Shown: one piece after another, positions 8,754 to 18,000 of the stretch
Position numbering within the stretch: position 1 is the first letter of the stretch
Layout: each line of letters begins with the position of its first letter
DNA from: a virus
Taxonomy: Duplodnaviria > Caudoviricetes
DNA length: 64,000 bases
IMG/VR virus record: IMGVR_UViG_3300037423_000582
Coordinates: 3,716 to 67,715 of that record
Direction: 5' to 3' (one strand)
Position numbers and translations under genes: made by a program
Notes under the pieces: model-generated
Database searches by the model: none
The model's input: only the letters and a program-made list of their open reading frames with translations
What the model was told of the DNA's origin: nothing

Positions 8754-9470
8754 ATGAAAAAAGATCCGTTGTATGAGGTGATCTTCGACATCGCCTCGAA
8801 CCTGTCCGCGCATTTATACCAGCTCGGTGATGGCGAGCGCGATGCGCTGATGGATGCCGTCGATGGTTCGCGCGGCCTGTGCTTCAATCATGCCATTCCG
8901 TGGGCGAAGGAGTTCCAGGAGAAGTGGGCCGCGAGATCGGACGATGAGATCGACTACCTCATCGAGATTGACAGGTTTGTCTCCAACAAGGTCGCGGCGC
9001 TGCGTGAAGTAGCGCGCTGTGTCGTGTCGATCCAGGTCGTGCCGACGGTACAGCGTTCTGATGAAGTTGGAGCCCAGTTCGACGGGCCAGACGAACACAC
9101 GACGCATTGGTCCGTGTACGAGCGCAATGCCGATGGCACGGTGCGTTGGGTCGCGGACTTTGGCCGTAATGACGAAGCCCTGGCCATGCTGTTCGCCCAG
9201 GGACATGCTGAGCGACTGGGCGTATCGATCGAGGCGCAGCCGTGGAAGGTGCAGAAACAGGCCGAAATCATCATGAAGGAGGTGGCGCCGGCCGAGCGAT
9301 TTCATGTCGCATGCCGAATCGCCGTTGATGCACCAACTCCTCGCGATGCTGCGCTGAAGGCGCGCGAACTCCTGCTACAGCCAACTAACGCGGCCGTGTT
9401 CGATGTACATGACGAGCTTCGCGGTCCGATCCATCGCATCGATCTTTCGGAGACCAGCGATGGTAACTAA
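8754..9470 (+). CDS. multi-domain hypothetical protein
   Basis: AAGGA SD; N-terminal domain paralogous to 8424-8744. Confidence 0.7.
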   Translation: MKKDPLYEVIFDIASNLSAHLYQLGDGERDALMDAVDGSRGLCFNHAIPWAKEFQEKWAARSDDEIDYLIEIDRFVSNKVAALREVARCVVSIQVVPTVQRSDEVGAQFDGPDEHTTHWSVYERNADGTVRWVADFGRNDEALAMLFAQGHAERLGVSIEAQPWKVQKQAEIIMKEVAPAERFHVACRIAVDAPTPRDAALKARELLLQPTNAAVFDVHDELRGPIHRIDLSETSDGN

Positions 9471-9651
9471 GAAAATCAACGAGGCCAAGTTCACGGCCTG
9501 GACTACGACGGGCATGAAGATCGATATGACGGGGAATATCCCTGGCTGCGCGCTCGAACTGTTCGGCTATATTCACGGCGCGGGCAATCGTGAGAAGATC
9601 CTCAAGCTCATGCAGGAACGTCACGAAAAACTCAAGGAGCAGGGTGTATGA
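9460..9651 (+). CDS. hypothetical protein
   Basis: GGAG SD; overlaps both neighbours. Confidence 0.55.
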   Translation: MVTKKINEAKFTAWTTTGMKIDMTGNIPGCALELFGYIHGAGNREKILKLMQERHEKLKEQGV

Positions 9652-10097
9652 AGGGCACTCTCCAGCAGCGGTTCGAGGCGAAGATTTACAAGACCCAAAC
9701 CTGCTGGATATGGACTGGTGCACTAATTCCGAAAGGTTACGGGATGATTGGTAAAGACGGCGGGCGTGAACTCGCTCATCGCGTCGCGTATGAATTATTC
9801 ATCGGGCCGATCCCAGAAGGAATGTTCGTCTTACACCGTTGTGACAACCGGCGTTGCGTAAATCCGAAGCATTTGTTCCTTGGTACAAATACCGACAATA
9901 TGCAGGACATGATCGCAAAAGGTCGTGCTCGGCATATTCGCGGTGAAGAATGCAGTTTCGCCAAACTCAATGCCGAACTCGTGCGCAGTATCCGTATTGA
10001 TACACGTACCTGTGAAGCCATCGCTACAGAACTTGGCCTTAGCGCGACCACCGTGGAACGTGCTAGGAGCCGTAAAACATGGAGGCATATTCAATGA
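9648..10097 (+). CDS. HNH homing endonuclease with C-terminal HTH-like domain
   Basis: CWIWTG...GYG...AHRVAY...VLHRCDNRRCVNPKHLFLGTNTDNMQD; lower GC than its flanks. Confidence 0.9.
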   Translation: MKGTLQQRFEAKIYKTQTCWIWTGALIPKGYGMIGKDGGRELAHRVAYELFIGPIPEGMFVLHRCDNRRCVNPKHLFLGTNTDNMQDMIAKGRARHIRGEECSFAKLNAELVRSIRIDTRTCEAIATELGLSATTVERARSRKTWRHIQ

Positions 10098-11086
10098 GTA
10101 AAGAGTTTCGCCCTATGCTGGCCGGCACGCCGGACAGCAACGACGACATCAAGTTCCCTTGTCTGGCCAGCCCGAAGCTCGATGGCATCCGCGCGGCGAA
10201 CAAGAACGGCAAGCTGCTGTCGCGCTCGCTGAAGCTGATCCCGAACAAGCTGGTACAGAGCATCCTCAGCATGCCCGAGCTGCACGGCCTGGACGGCGAA
10301 CTGATCTGCGGTCCGGTGAACGATCCGAACGTCATGCAGAACACGTCGACTGTCGTGATGTCGATCGAGAAGCAGCAGCCGTTCGAGTTTCACGTGTTCG
10401 ATTTCTGGGACAGCACTGAAGGCAAGCGTGACCGCCTGATCCGAGCCGGCAGTGTGCTGCTGTCGATCCAGAAGCGGTGGCGCGACCTCGTCACCGTCCA
10501 GCGCCTGCTGGGTGCGCCGCGCGAGATCATGAGCCATCTTGAAAACTGTCCGCTGCGCTTGGTGCCACACAAGCTGATCGAGACGCTGGACGAGCTGGAA
10601 GCATTCGAGGCCGAGTGCCTGGAGGCCGGTTACGAGGGCGTGATGGTGTGCGCACCGGACGGCGCCTACAAGTACGGCCGCAGCACGGTGAAGGAAGGTG
10701 GGCTGCTCAAGCTGAAGCGCTTCTCGGATGCCGAGGCGATTGTCGTCGGCTTCGAGGAAGAAATGAAGAACGAGAATACCGCGCAGGTGAACGAGTTGGG
10801 CCGCACGAAGCGCAGCACGGCCAAGGCCGGTCTCACCGGCAAGGGCACGCTCGGCGCGTTCGTGTGCAAGCGTGTGTTCGTCAACGAGAAGGGCAAGTAC
10901 GTACTGTCCGACTACACCTTCAACATCGGCACCGGCATGACGGCCGAGTTTCGTGCCAGCGTGTGGGCGAACCGCGATGCGCACATGGGCGCCATCGTGA
11001 AGTTCAAGCACTTCGAGCATGGCGTCGTGGACGCGCCACGTCACCCGGTGTTCCTGGGCTTCCGTGCACCGGAAGATATGTCATGA
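10094..11086 (+). CDS. ATP-dependent DNA ligase
   Basis: Motif I SPKLDGIR, LDGEL, YEGVM, LLKLKRF, OB-fold tail RHPVFLGFR. Confidence 0.92.
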   Translation: MSKEFRPMLAGTPDSNDDIKFPCLASPKLDGIRAANKNGKLLSRSLKLIPNKLVQSILSMPELHGLDGELICGPVNDPNVMQNTSTVVMSIEKQQPFEFHVFDFWDSTEGKRDRLIRAGSVLLSIQKRWRDLVTVQRLLGAPREIMSHLENCPLRLVPHKLIETLDELEAFEAECLEAGYEGVMVCAPDGAYKYGRSTVKEGGLLKLKRFSDAEAIVVGFEEEMKNENTAQVNELGRTKRSTAKAGLTGKGTLGAFVCKRVFVNEKGKYVLSDYTFNIGTGMTAEFRASVWANRDAHMGAIVKFKHFEHGVVDAPRHPVFLGFRAPEDMS

Positions 11087-11508
11087 ATTCGAATGACGAG
11101 AACTTCGAATGGTACAAGTCCGGCGTGTATGTGGCACATGACTCTGCTGGTGTGCCCATGCTGGAGACCATGCAGAATTCAGCGCACGGTGCACGGGCGA
11201 GCTTGATTGGTCGGCTTCAATGCCGCTGGGAGCCACTGCGTGAGCAAGGGTACACAATCCAGGAATACGTGCCGGCCATCCCGGTCCTGACCGACGTGAT
11301 CAAGGTCGGCGATCAGGTGGCCGTGGCTACTGAGGCGCGCTGGTATTATCCGGCCGCTGGGGATGTCGCACCGCTGGGTGTTACTGTGCAGCTACTCACG
11401 CGCGGCGGTGTTGCCGTACGCGGCGTATGGAACGACCTGGGCGACTACATCGCATGGGCGCCGATGATCAAGCGCGACAAGGACCTGGAAGCGAGGTTAG
11501 GGCTATGA
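11083..11508 (+). CDS. hypothetical protein (two-part mosaic)
   Basis: ATGA overlap with the ligase stop. Confidence 0.6.
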   Translation: MNSNDENFEWYKSGVYVAHDSAGVPMLETMQNSAHGARASLIGRLQCRWEPLREQGYTIQEYVPAIPVLTDVIKVGDQVAVATEARWYYPAAGDVAPLGVTVQLLTRGGVAVRGVWNDLGDYIAWAPMIKRDKDLEARLGL

Positions 11509-11735
11509 GTACGACACCATTTCCTGCCGGGGCCGTTCCCGGCATCGTCGTAGAAGAACCGGCTGCGCCTGTCACGGCGCAGAGCAAACTTGATGAGGCC
11601 GTCGAGCTTATCATCCAGGCGCAGCGCTTCAACTCGAACATGCAGCGCAAGCACAAACTTGGCAGCGTCGAATGGCATGAGCATGAAGCCATCGACGACC
11701 GCCTGCACGATGCCCTCGCGGCGCTGGGGCAATGA
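11505..11735 (+). CDS. hypothetical protein
   Basis: GAGG SD; ATGA overlaps. Confidence 0.55.
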   Translation: MSTTPFPAGAVPGIVVEEPAAPVTAQSKLDEAVELIIQAQRFNSNMQRKHKLGSVEWHEHEAIDDRLHDALAALGQ

Positions 11736-12010
11736 TGAATCCGAGGCCCTATACCGTCCTGCTGCTGCGTCCGGACACTGACTGGGATGGCGTGCCGGCC
11801 GACTGGGTATTGCGCATGCACGTCGATGTGACTAGCGTTGACGCGACCGTCGTTAGGGAAGCGATCGAGGCTGCTATCTGGACGGCAGTTCGCAAATATT
11901 ACACAGGCCCTGATGGTGATCTGCTGGCTACGTTCGGCGACTTCGCCGTGCTCGCTGTCTTCCCCGGTCATGTGACCGATCTTTACGACCCTCGAAGGAG
12001 ATTGATTTGA
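11732..12010 (+). CDS. hypothetical protein
   Basis: ATGA overlap; 92-aa ORF. Confidence 0.6.
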   Translation: MMNPRPYTVLLLRPDTDWDGVPADWVLRMHVDVTSVDATVVREAIEAAIWTAVRKYYTGPDGDLLATFGDFAVLAVFPGHVTDLYDPRRRLI

Positions 12011-12612
12011 ACCTCACTGCTTACGTCCCGTTGGCCCTGCGTACCGAGAAGCAGCTACCCACTGTCGCCGCCCGGCTGTCGCATGCTGCACTGGGCCTAC
12101 TCACTGAAAACGGTGAGATCGTCACATCGGTCAAGCGCATTGTCATCTACAACAAACCGATGGATACGCCGGACGACAAGGGCAAGACTTTGCGCGATCA
12201 TATGGCCGAGGAAATCGGCGATGCGTTCTGGTATGTCGCCATCGCGACCGATGCGCTGATGCTCGATCCGGTATTGCTGCTGTACCCGTCGTCCGCCGAC
12301 AACGTGATCCGTCCGATCTCAGACCTGTCGTTCGAACTGGGTGGCTATGTTGGCCGGTTTGCCGATACCATTCGCTTTATGACGCACGGTATCGATGTCA
12401 CTCCGTTGTCGAATGAGCGCGTGATCCTGCGGAACTCACTGGCTAACATCGTGCGCATACTGAACCAGTTCTGCATCTCGCTGGAGATCGACCTGGGTAC
12501 CGTGCTGCAGGCGAACATCGACAAGCTGCGCGAGCGTTTCCCGAATGCGTACAGCGACGAAGCCGCGGAAGCCCGGCTTGACAAGGGCGGCCTGGACGCG
12601 CGCAACTCATGA
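12007..12612 (+). CDS. MazG-like NTP pyrophosphohydrolase
   Basis: LGLLTENGEI...MAEEIGDAFWYVA...ANIDKLRERFP; AAGGAG SD before a TTG start. Confidence 0.8.
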   Translation: MNLTAYVPLALRTEKQLPTVAARLSHAALGLLTENGEIVTSVKRIVIYNKPMDTPDDKGKTLRDHMAEEIGDAFWYVAIATDALMLDPVLLLYPSSADNVIRPISDLSFELGGYVGRFADTIRFMTHGIDVTPLSNERVILRNSLANIVRILNQFCISLEIDLGTVLQANIDKLRERFPNAYSDEAAEARLDKGGLDARNS

Positions 12613-12746
12613 TCCGCTGGCTGAAGTGGTGGCTCTGGGATTCGCGCCGGTGCAAGCATGAACCGGGTGAGTGGTACATGACCGATTACGGCATGGGCAA
12701 GGTGCGGTACTGTCGCAAATGTTTCCGCTGCATCGACCGCATCTAA
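12609..12746 (+). CDS. 45-aa Trp-rich, Cys/His metal-finger-like protein
   Basis: MIRWLKWWLWDSRRCKHEPG...YCRKCFRC; ATGA overlap. Confidence 0.5.
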   Translation: MIRWLKWWLWDSRRCKHEPGEWYMTDYGMGKVRYCRKCFRCIDRI

Positions 12747-12802
12747 GTCCTGGCTTCTTCATGCCGCGCGTGCGCGGCATCTGGAAACCGACTGGAGGAA
12801 AA

Positions 12803-13183
12803 ATGAACGAACAAGAGCAACCGGGTGCGCATCACCTGACGCCGGAGAACATCGCGGCGACCATCAAGGACCTGCGCGAGATCGAGGACGGCACCACGCT
12901 GTTTCCTGTCGAGAACCGCGACTGGTGCACCATGGCCGGCGTGCTGGCCCGGATCATCGAGCACCTCGCCCGCCGCGCAGAGCCGAGCGTAACCGAGCAG
13001 GTAGATGCCCGGCACGACAACTTGCGCGACAACATCGGGCAGGCCATTTCTGACTATATTGATGATTACACGGACGAAGTGGGTAATGTTTTAATCGTGT
13101 GCCGTGACGCGGATGAAATTGGTGCGTTGGTCGATAAAATCATGGCGTTGATCACCTCCAGCGCGGCACGGGAGAATCCATGA
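12803..13183 (+). CDS. hypothetical protein
   Basis: Strong SD GGAGG 6 nt before the ATG. Confidence 0.65.
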   Translation: MNEQEQPGAHHLTPENIAATIKDLREIEDGTTLFPVENRDWCTMAGVLARIIEHLARRAEPSVTEQVDARHDNLRDNIGQAISDYIDDYTDEVGNVLIVCRDADEIGALVDKIMALITSSAARENP

Positions 13184-13392
13184 CCTTCGAAAAAGCATCG
13201 TGGGCCGTTGGCCTGAACTTCGTGATCGGCGTGCTCGTGATGATCGCCATCGATGACGATGAACGGACCGTGTGGCGCTGGCTGATGCGGTGCCCGTATT
13301 TCCTACTGTTCGTGCTCGTGATGGAGTGCTGGCCGCTGCTGGTGCCGGCCATCCTGGTCAAGCGCCTCGTTGACGAGACGCACGGAGAATAA
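13180..13392 (+). CDS. small membrane protein (2 TM)
   Basis: Two hydrophobic stretches; ATGA overlap. Confidence 0.6.
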   Translation: MTFEKASWAVGLNFVIGVLVMIAIDDDERTVWRWLMRCPYFLLFVLVMECWPLLVPAILVKRLVDETHGE

Positions 13393-13445
13393 GGGCTCGT
13401 GCCGCGCGCCCGTCTCCAAGCGCGGCGAATCTACCAGGGAGTAAC

Positions 13446-14468
13446 ATGATCCATCCAACCGTTGGCCGCATCGTGTGGTACCGTCCGGACGAAGCAGATC
13501 TCAATGGCGGCGCCGAGCCGCCGATGCAGGTAGTTTTCGATGCAGATGGCCCGCAGCCACTGGCTGCGCAGATCGTCGCTGTGTATGGCCCGCGCATGGT
13601 GAGTGTGGTGCTGTACGATGCCGACGGCCGCCATTACGCGCGCACGAGCGTCATGCTGATGCAGGGCGACGCTGAAGACCCGCCAATGTCCGGCCGCTAC
13701 GTCGAATGGATGCCATACCAGCAGGGGCAGGCCAAGCGTCACGAGATCGGCAACACGGCCGGCAATATGATCAGCACGACGGCGGCCGCGTCGATCTCGC
13801 ACGGTGAATACCAGACCGAGATCGCGATCCAGGTGGCCGGTGCGACTGCGCCGCGCATTAAGCCCGAGGACGTGCTAGCCGCGATCGATAGCGAGACGTA
13901 CACCATCACGCCGTCTGGACGCACGACGATCTGCGAGTTGACGCTGACGAACGGCTTCACCGTGCGTGGCGAGTCGTCGGTCGTGAGCATGGAGAACTTC
14001 GACGAAGCCATCGGCCGCACCGAGGCGCGCAAGAAGGCGATCGACAAGGTGTGGGAGCTGGAAGGCTACCGCCTGATGCAGAAGCTGTATGAGCAGCGTA
14101 CGATGCCGGGCGATTCGGTCCGTGACGAGCGTGCCCGTATCGACCGGATCGCCCGCGTGTGCCACGAAGTGAACCGGGCCTACTGCGCCGCGCTGGGCGA
14201 CAATAGCCAGCCGGCATGGGACGATGCGCCGTCCTGGCAGCGCGAGTCGGTGCGCATGGGCGTCGACCTGCACCTGATGGGCGACTTCGGCCCGGAAGCC
14301 TCGCATCTGTCGTGGATGAACGAGAAGTACAACACTGGCTGGGTCTACGGCGAAGTGAAGGACCCGGAGAAGAAAGAGCATCCATGCCTCGTGCCGTTCG
14401 ACCAGTTGCCGAAGGAACAGCAGGCCAAGGATTATATTTTCCGCGCAGTCGTTCACGCACTGCGTTAA
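13446..14468 (+). CDS. three-domain fusion: unknown N-domain + phage gp49/66-family domain + RyR domain
   Basis: aa 1-98 PTVGRIVWY...EWMPYQ; aa 123-217 APRIKPED...TICELTLTNGFTVRGES...NFDEAIG...VWELEGY; aa 230-340 IARVCHEVNRAYC...SHLSW...GWVYG..KDPEKKEHPCLVPFDQLP.EQQAKD. Confidence 0.85.
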   Translation: MIHPTVGRIVWYRPDEADLNGGAEPPMQVVFDADGPQPLAAQIVAVYGPRMVSVVLYDADGRHYARTSVMLMQGDAEDPPMSGRYVEWMPYQQGQAKRHEIGNTAGNMISTTAAASISHGEYQTEIAIQVAGATAPRIKPEDVLAAIDSETYTITPSGRTTICELTLTNGFTVRGESSVVSMENFDEAIGRTEARKKAIDKVWELEGYRLMQKLYEQRTMPGDSVRDERARIDRIARVCHEVNRAYCAALGDNSQPAWDDAPSWQRESVRMGVDLHLMGDFGPEASHLSWMNEKYNTGWVYGEVKDPEKKEHPCLVPFDQLPKEQQAKDYIFRAVVHALR

Positions 14469-14473
14469 ACCGG

Positions 14474-14498
14474 GCCGGCCTTGCGCCGGCTTTCTTTT
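14474..14498 (+). terminator. intrinsic terminator
   Basis: GCCGGC-5-GCCGGC then TTTCTTTT, right after the stop at 14468. Confidence 0.7.
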
Positions 14499-14508
14499 GG
14501 AGCCTCTT

Positions 14509-14721
14509 ATGGCACGCTTTCAAATCGTCGTCGGCAACCTGGGCACGGTCATCGACACCGCGATCCACCTCCATGCCATCCGGTCGTTCAACGACTACAA
14601 GACCATGTCCATGATGGGCAAGGGTCGTGTCGGCGGCGAGTCGGTCACGATGTACGTGGACGGCGAGCCGGACCCGCACTTCACGTACGAGCCGCTGACC
14701 AACGAAGCCGACGGAGCATAA
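14509..14721 (+). CDS. hypothetical protein
   Basis: GGAG SD; followed by a terminator. Confidence 0.6.
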   Translation: MARFQIVVGNLGTVIDTAIHLHAIRSFNDYKTMSMMGKGRVGGESVTMYVDGEPDPHFTYEPLTNEADGA

Positions 14722-14728
14722 GAACGTA

Positions 14729-14752
14729 GAAAGCCGCTTAGACGCGGCTTTC
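14729..14752. terminator. probable bidirectional terminator at the end of the + block
   Basis: Inverted repeat GAAAGCCGC-6-GCGGCTTTC. Confidence 0.65.
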
Positions 14753-14909
14753 GCTATTCGCGAATCGCGAATTCAATTCCAGGGCCATGCCTATGCACAT
14801 GGGACGCAGAGTCCACAATTCTGTGGCCAATCCCAGTGCACAACGCACAATGCGCAATGCCCGCCCTCACGTGCACATGCCACGGCCGCCGGCGCCACCC
14901 ACACGCGGT

Positions 14910-15064
14910 CTTCCATTCTTCCTTCCATTCACTGGAAACCCTATTTATATACCTATTCTTCTATCCTTCTTATTTTTTCTATATAAATAATAGATAATAA
15001 TAGAAGAATAGAAGAAGATATATAAATCAAGCACTTAGCGCTTCCAATCGGCCCGAAACTTCCG
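14910..15064. repeat. AT-rich origin-like element, copy 1
   Basis: 12-bp IR CTATTCTTCTAT (14953)/ATAGAAGAATAG (15000); core TTTTCTATATAAATAA; several CTTCC(A/G); homologous to 48660-48884. Confidence 0.7.
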
Positions 15065-15069
15065 AAGGT

Positions 15070-18000
15070 TCAATCGACCGCATTCGTCGCCGCAGACGCA
15101 TTACCAGCCGCATCGAACAGCGCGTTGGCGGGCATCGCGTTCAGGGCGAAGGTCTTGAACTGCTCCGCGCCACCGACCGTGCGCGCCGCCTCGCCCAGCT
15201 GCTCGATCGTCGGGCCGACCAGCGCGCCCACGCCCAGCCCGCCGCGATACACGTCCTTGGCAGCATCCACGCCGAACTGGCCGACACCGAACAGGCCCGC
15301 GCGCTGCACTTCGTAGAACAGGTAGTCGGATGCGTCCCAGCCCTTTTTCCAGTCCGGCTGGTCGCCGCCACCGACCAGCATGCCCTTGATCGTGTCGGCC
15401 GCCAGCATGAAGGGCACGTAGCCTGCCAGCGCGTAGGCCGGGCCGATGTTGCCGAAGCGGACCTCGTTGGCCACGCGCTTGAGGATCGTTTCCTGGAACG
15501 AGTAGACGAACTGCTTCAGGTGCGCGAGCAGCGCGAAGTGCGGATCGTTCATCCATATGGGCTTGTGCGCCGCGTTCGGCCGCAGGATCGCGCCATCGAC
15601 CCACTTGTTGATCGCCAGCGTCATCTTGTCGGCCGCTGCCTGGGCCTTGTCCGGCGCCATGTCGGCCGCTTCGAACTCACGCGCGGTCATCAAGGGCTGG
15701 CCATTCTTCACGCGGATCTCGTTCGGCTTGAAACCCAGTTCGGCCAGCCACCGTGGCGAGTGCGTCGAGGCCGTGCCGTCAGCATGACGGGCCAAAAAGC
15801 CTACAGCGGCTTGGGTTGCTGCAACCCTCATCGACGTGTTGTACTGCTCCATCAGGTTGTACTTGAAGAACGTATCGTTCAGTTTGCGGCCCCACGTGCT
15901 GGTCATGCCCTGGCTGAAGCTGGTGCCGAGGTTGTGCATCAGGACGGCGTTGTCGATCACACCCAGCTGCGCGGCCAGATCGGTCCAGCTGTCGGACTTG
16001 GCGTCCTTCCTGAAGTTCTTCGGCATCTCGGCGAAGCCGCGCTTCATCGCCGCGAACGTGTCGCGCATGCTGCCGCCGCGAACCAAGATGCCCATCGGGT
16101 CGATCACCGACGAGAAGATCGCCAGCGGTAACAGGCGCAGGTTCTGGTACACGATCGCATTGCCGAACGCGCGGCGCAGTTTCGGGTCGATCGAATCGCC
16201 CAGCGTGCCGTCCACGCCCTGAAGATAATCAGAAGCCAGTTGCAGCTGGTCCTTCGTCGCCCCTTGCTTTTCCGCCTCGCTCATCAGCCTGTGCAGCTCG
16301 CTGCTGTCGTCCTTGAAGCGGCGTGCCCATTCGGCCCGGCGCGTAGCCTGGGTGATGTAGCTGTTCAGCGTCTCGTACAGGTTCTTGTTGAGGAAGGGCG
16401 CCGCGTCTCTGTGTTCGATGAACTGCAACACGCGCTCCTTGCTGCTCTGCATGCCGGGACGGATCGTCTCGACTTGCAGGTCCGAGCCATCGGTGCGCGT
16501 GAGCGTAGCGATCACCTGATCGACCGAGCCCTTGAACTGGCCGGTGCTCACGTACTTCTGCAGCATGTCGCGGAACTCGTCCTTGTTGCGCAGGATCGTG
16601 TTCGCGTCCCACACGCGCGGGAAGTAATCCTTGCCGAAGCCCAGCGGGGCGATGTCCACACCCGCGTCGCGCATATACAGGAACGAGTCGTCGAGCACCT
16701 TGCGGATTGAGGCCACGGCGCGACGCTCGGCCGGTGTAGCACCCTTCAGGCCACGCTGCAGCGACTCCAGCGCGTCGGACACAATACCCGCGTCATGCTG
16801 GCCCAGCTCGGTGCCGAGGCGGTTCATGAACTCGCCGCGCTTGGCGCGCGCCGCCGGCAGGTAGCCCGGATCGTCGCCATGCTCGCCATGCAGCGGCGCA
16901 TAGACCTTGTCGGCCAGTTTGCCCAGCGCGTCGACGCCGGTGCTGCGCAGGCGCGCGTCGCCGGTGGCGGCCACGGCCGTCGCCAGTTTGCCGAGCGGCG
17001 CCACCATGTCCTTGAACTTCTCGACGTGGGCATTGCTGCCCTCGGCGAGTACGCGGGCGACGGCGCTGCGGTTCCTCATTTCCTTGCCGTACTCGCCGCT
17101 GTGGAAGTACTGCATGATGTGCTCGGCGCGCGCGTCGTTGGTCCAGATCCCCAGCGTCTTCCTGAAGAAGTCCGCCACGTGGCCCAGGATGCCGTCTGGG
17201 CGTGGCTGCAGCTTGAGCTTGCCGGCTGCCCAGAACTGGAACATGTAGGCGGCGCGCTCGTGCGGGTCGTCCAGCTGCTTGAGCGCGTCCGGCTCGCCGG
17301 CCAGCAAGTCCTTGAGCTGCTTGACCACACGCGGGCTGCTCGCGGCCTTCTCCAGCGGATGCGCATCGTCCAGCAGGCCGGTGTCGTGCAGCTTGGCGAA
17401 GAACGCATGCAGCGCCTCGTGGTAGCCTACGCTCATCGGGTCCAGGCTGTGGGTCGACACGCGGATCACGTCGGCGTTCAGGCCGCGCACCGTGCGCGTC
17501 GGGTCGTTGAGGAATTCACCCGCGTGCAGCAGCTTGGCGAACTCGACGTCGACCGTCTTGCCCAATACCTTCTCGATATACTCCTTCACCGGCAAGCGCG
17601 CACCGCTCGTGGTCGAGTTCCCCGGATGCATGCGCTGCATGCTGTAGGCGATGTCAGGGTGCGCCTCGATCAGCTTTCCCAGGCGCTCGTTGGCCACCTC
17701 CAGCACGGCGCGCGCGGACGTGTCGTGTTGATGAGGAAGGAGAGCATCAACGGCACGTTGTAAGCCACGGGTATCGTCGCTCACCTTCATCGCGCGGATC
17801 ACGTCGTTCACGTCACCCTTGCCCACCACGCGGTTGACGAAGTTCGACTTCGGCTGCTCGGGCGTCAAGCTGCCGTACTTGCGGTACAGGTCGTTGATGG
17901 TGCTGCTCACGCTGGCGGTGTCCTTGTCCTTCACGATCGCCGCCAGCTCGGCTTGATCGCCGATGCGCATCTGGTCGATCACACCGAGCAGGTGCTGGAC

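Noticed and set aside
14787-14990. 67-aa ORF crossing the AT-rich element (also the 48890 upstream extension of the primase)
   Set aside because: Low-complexity translation of non-coding DNA, no SD, and a homologous element at 48.7 kb is not coding in the same way.
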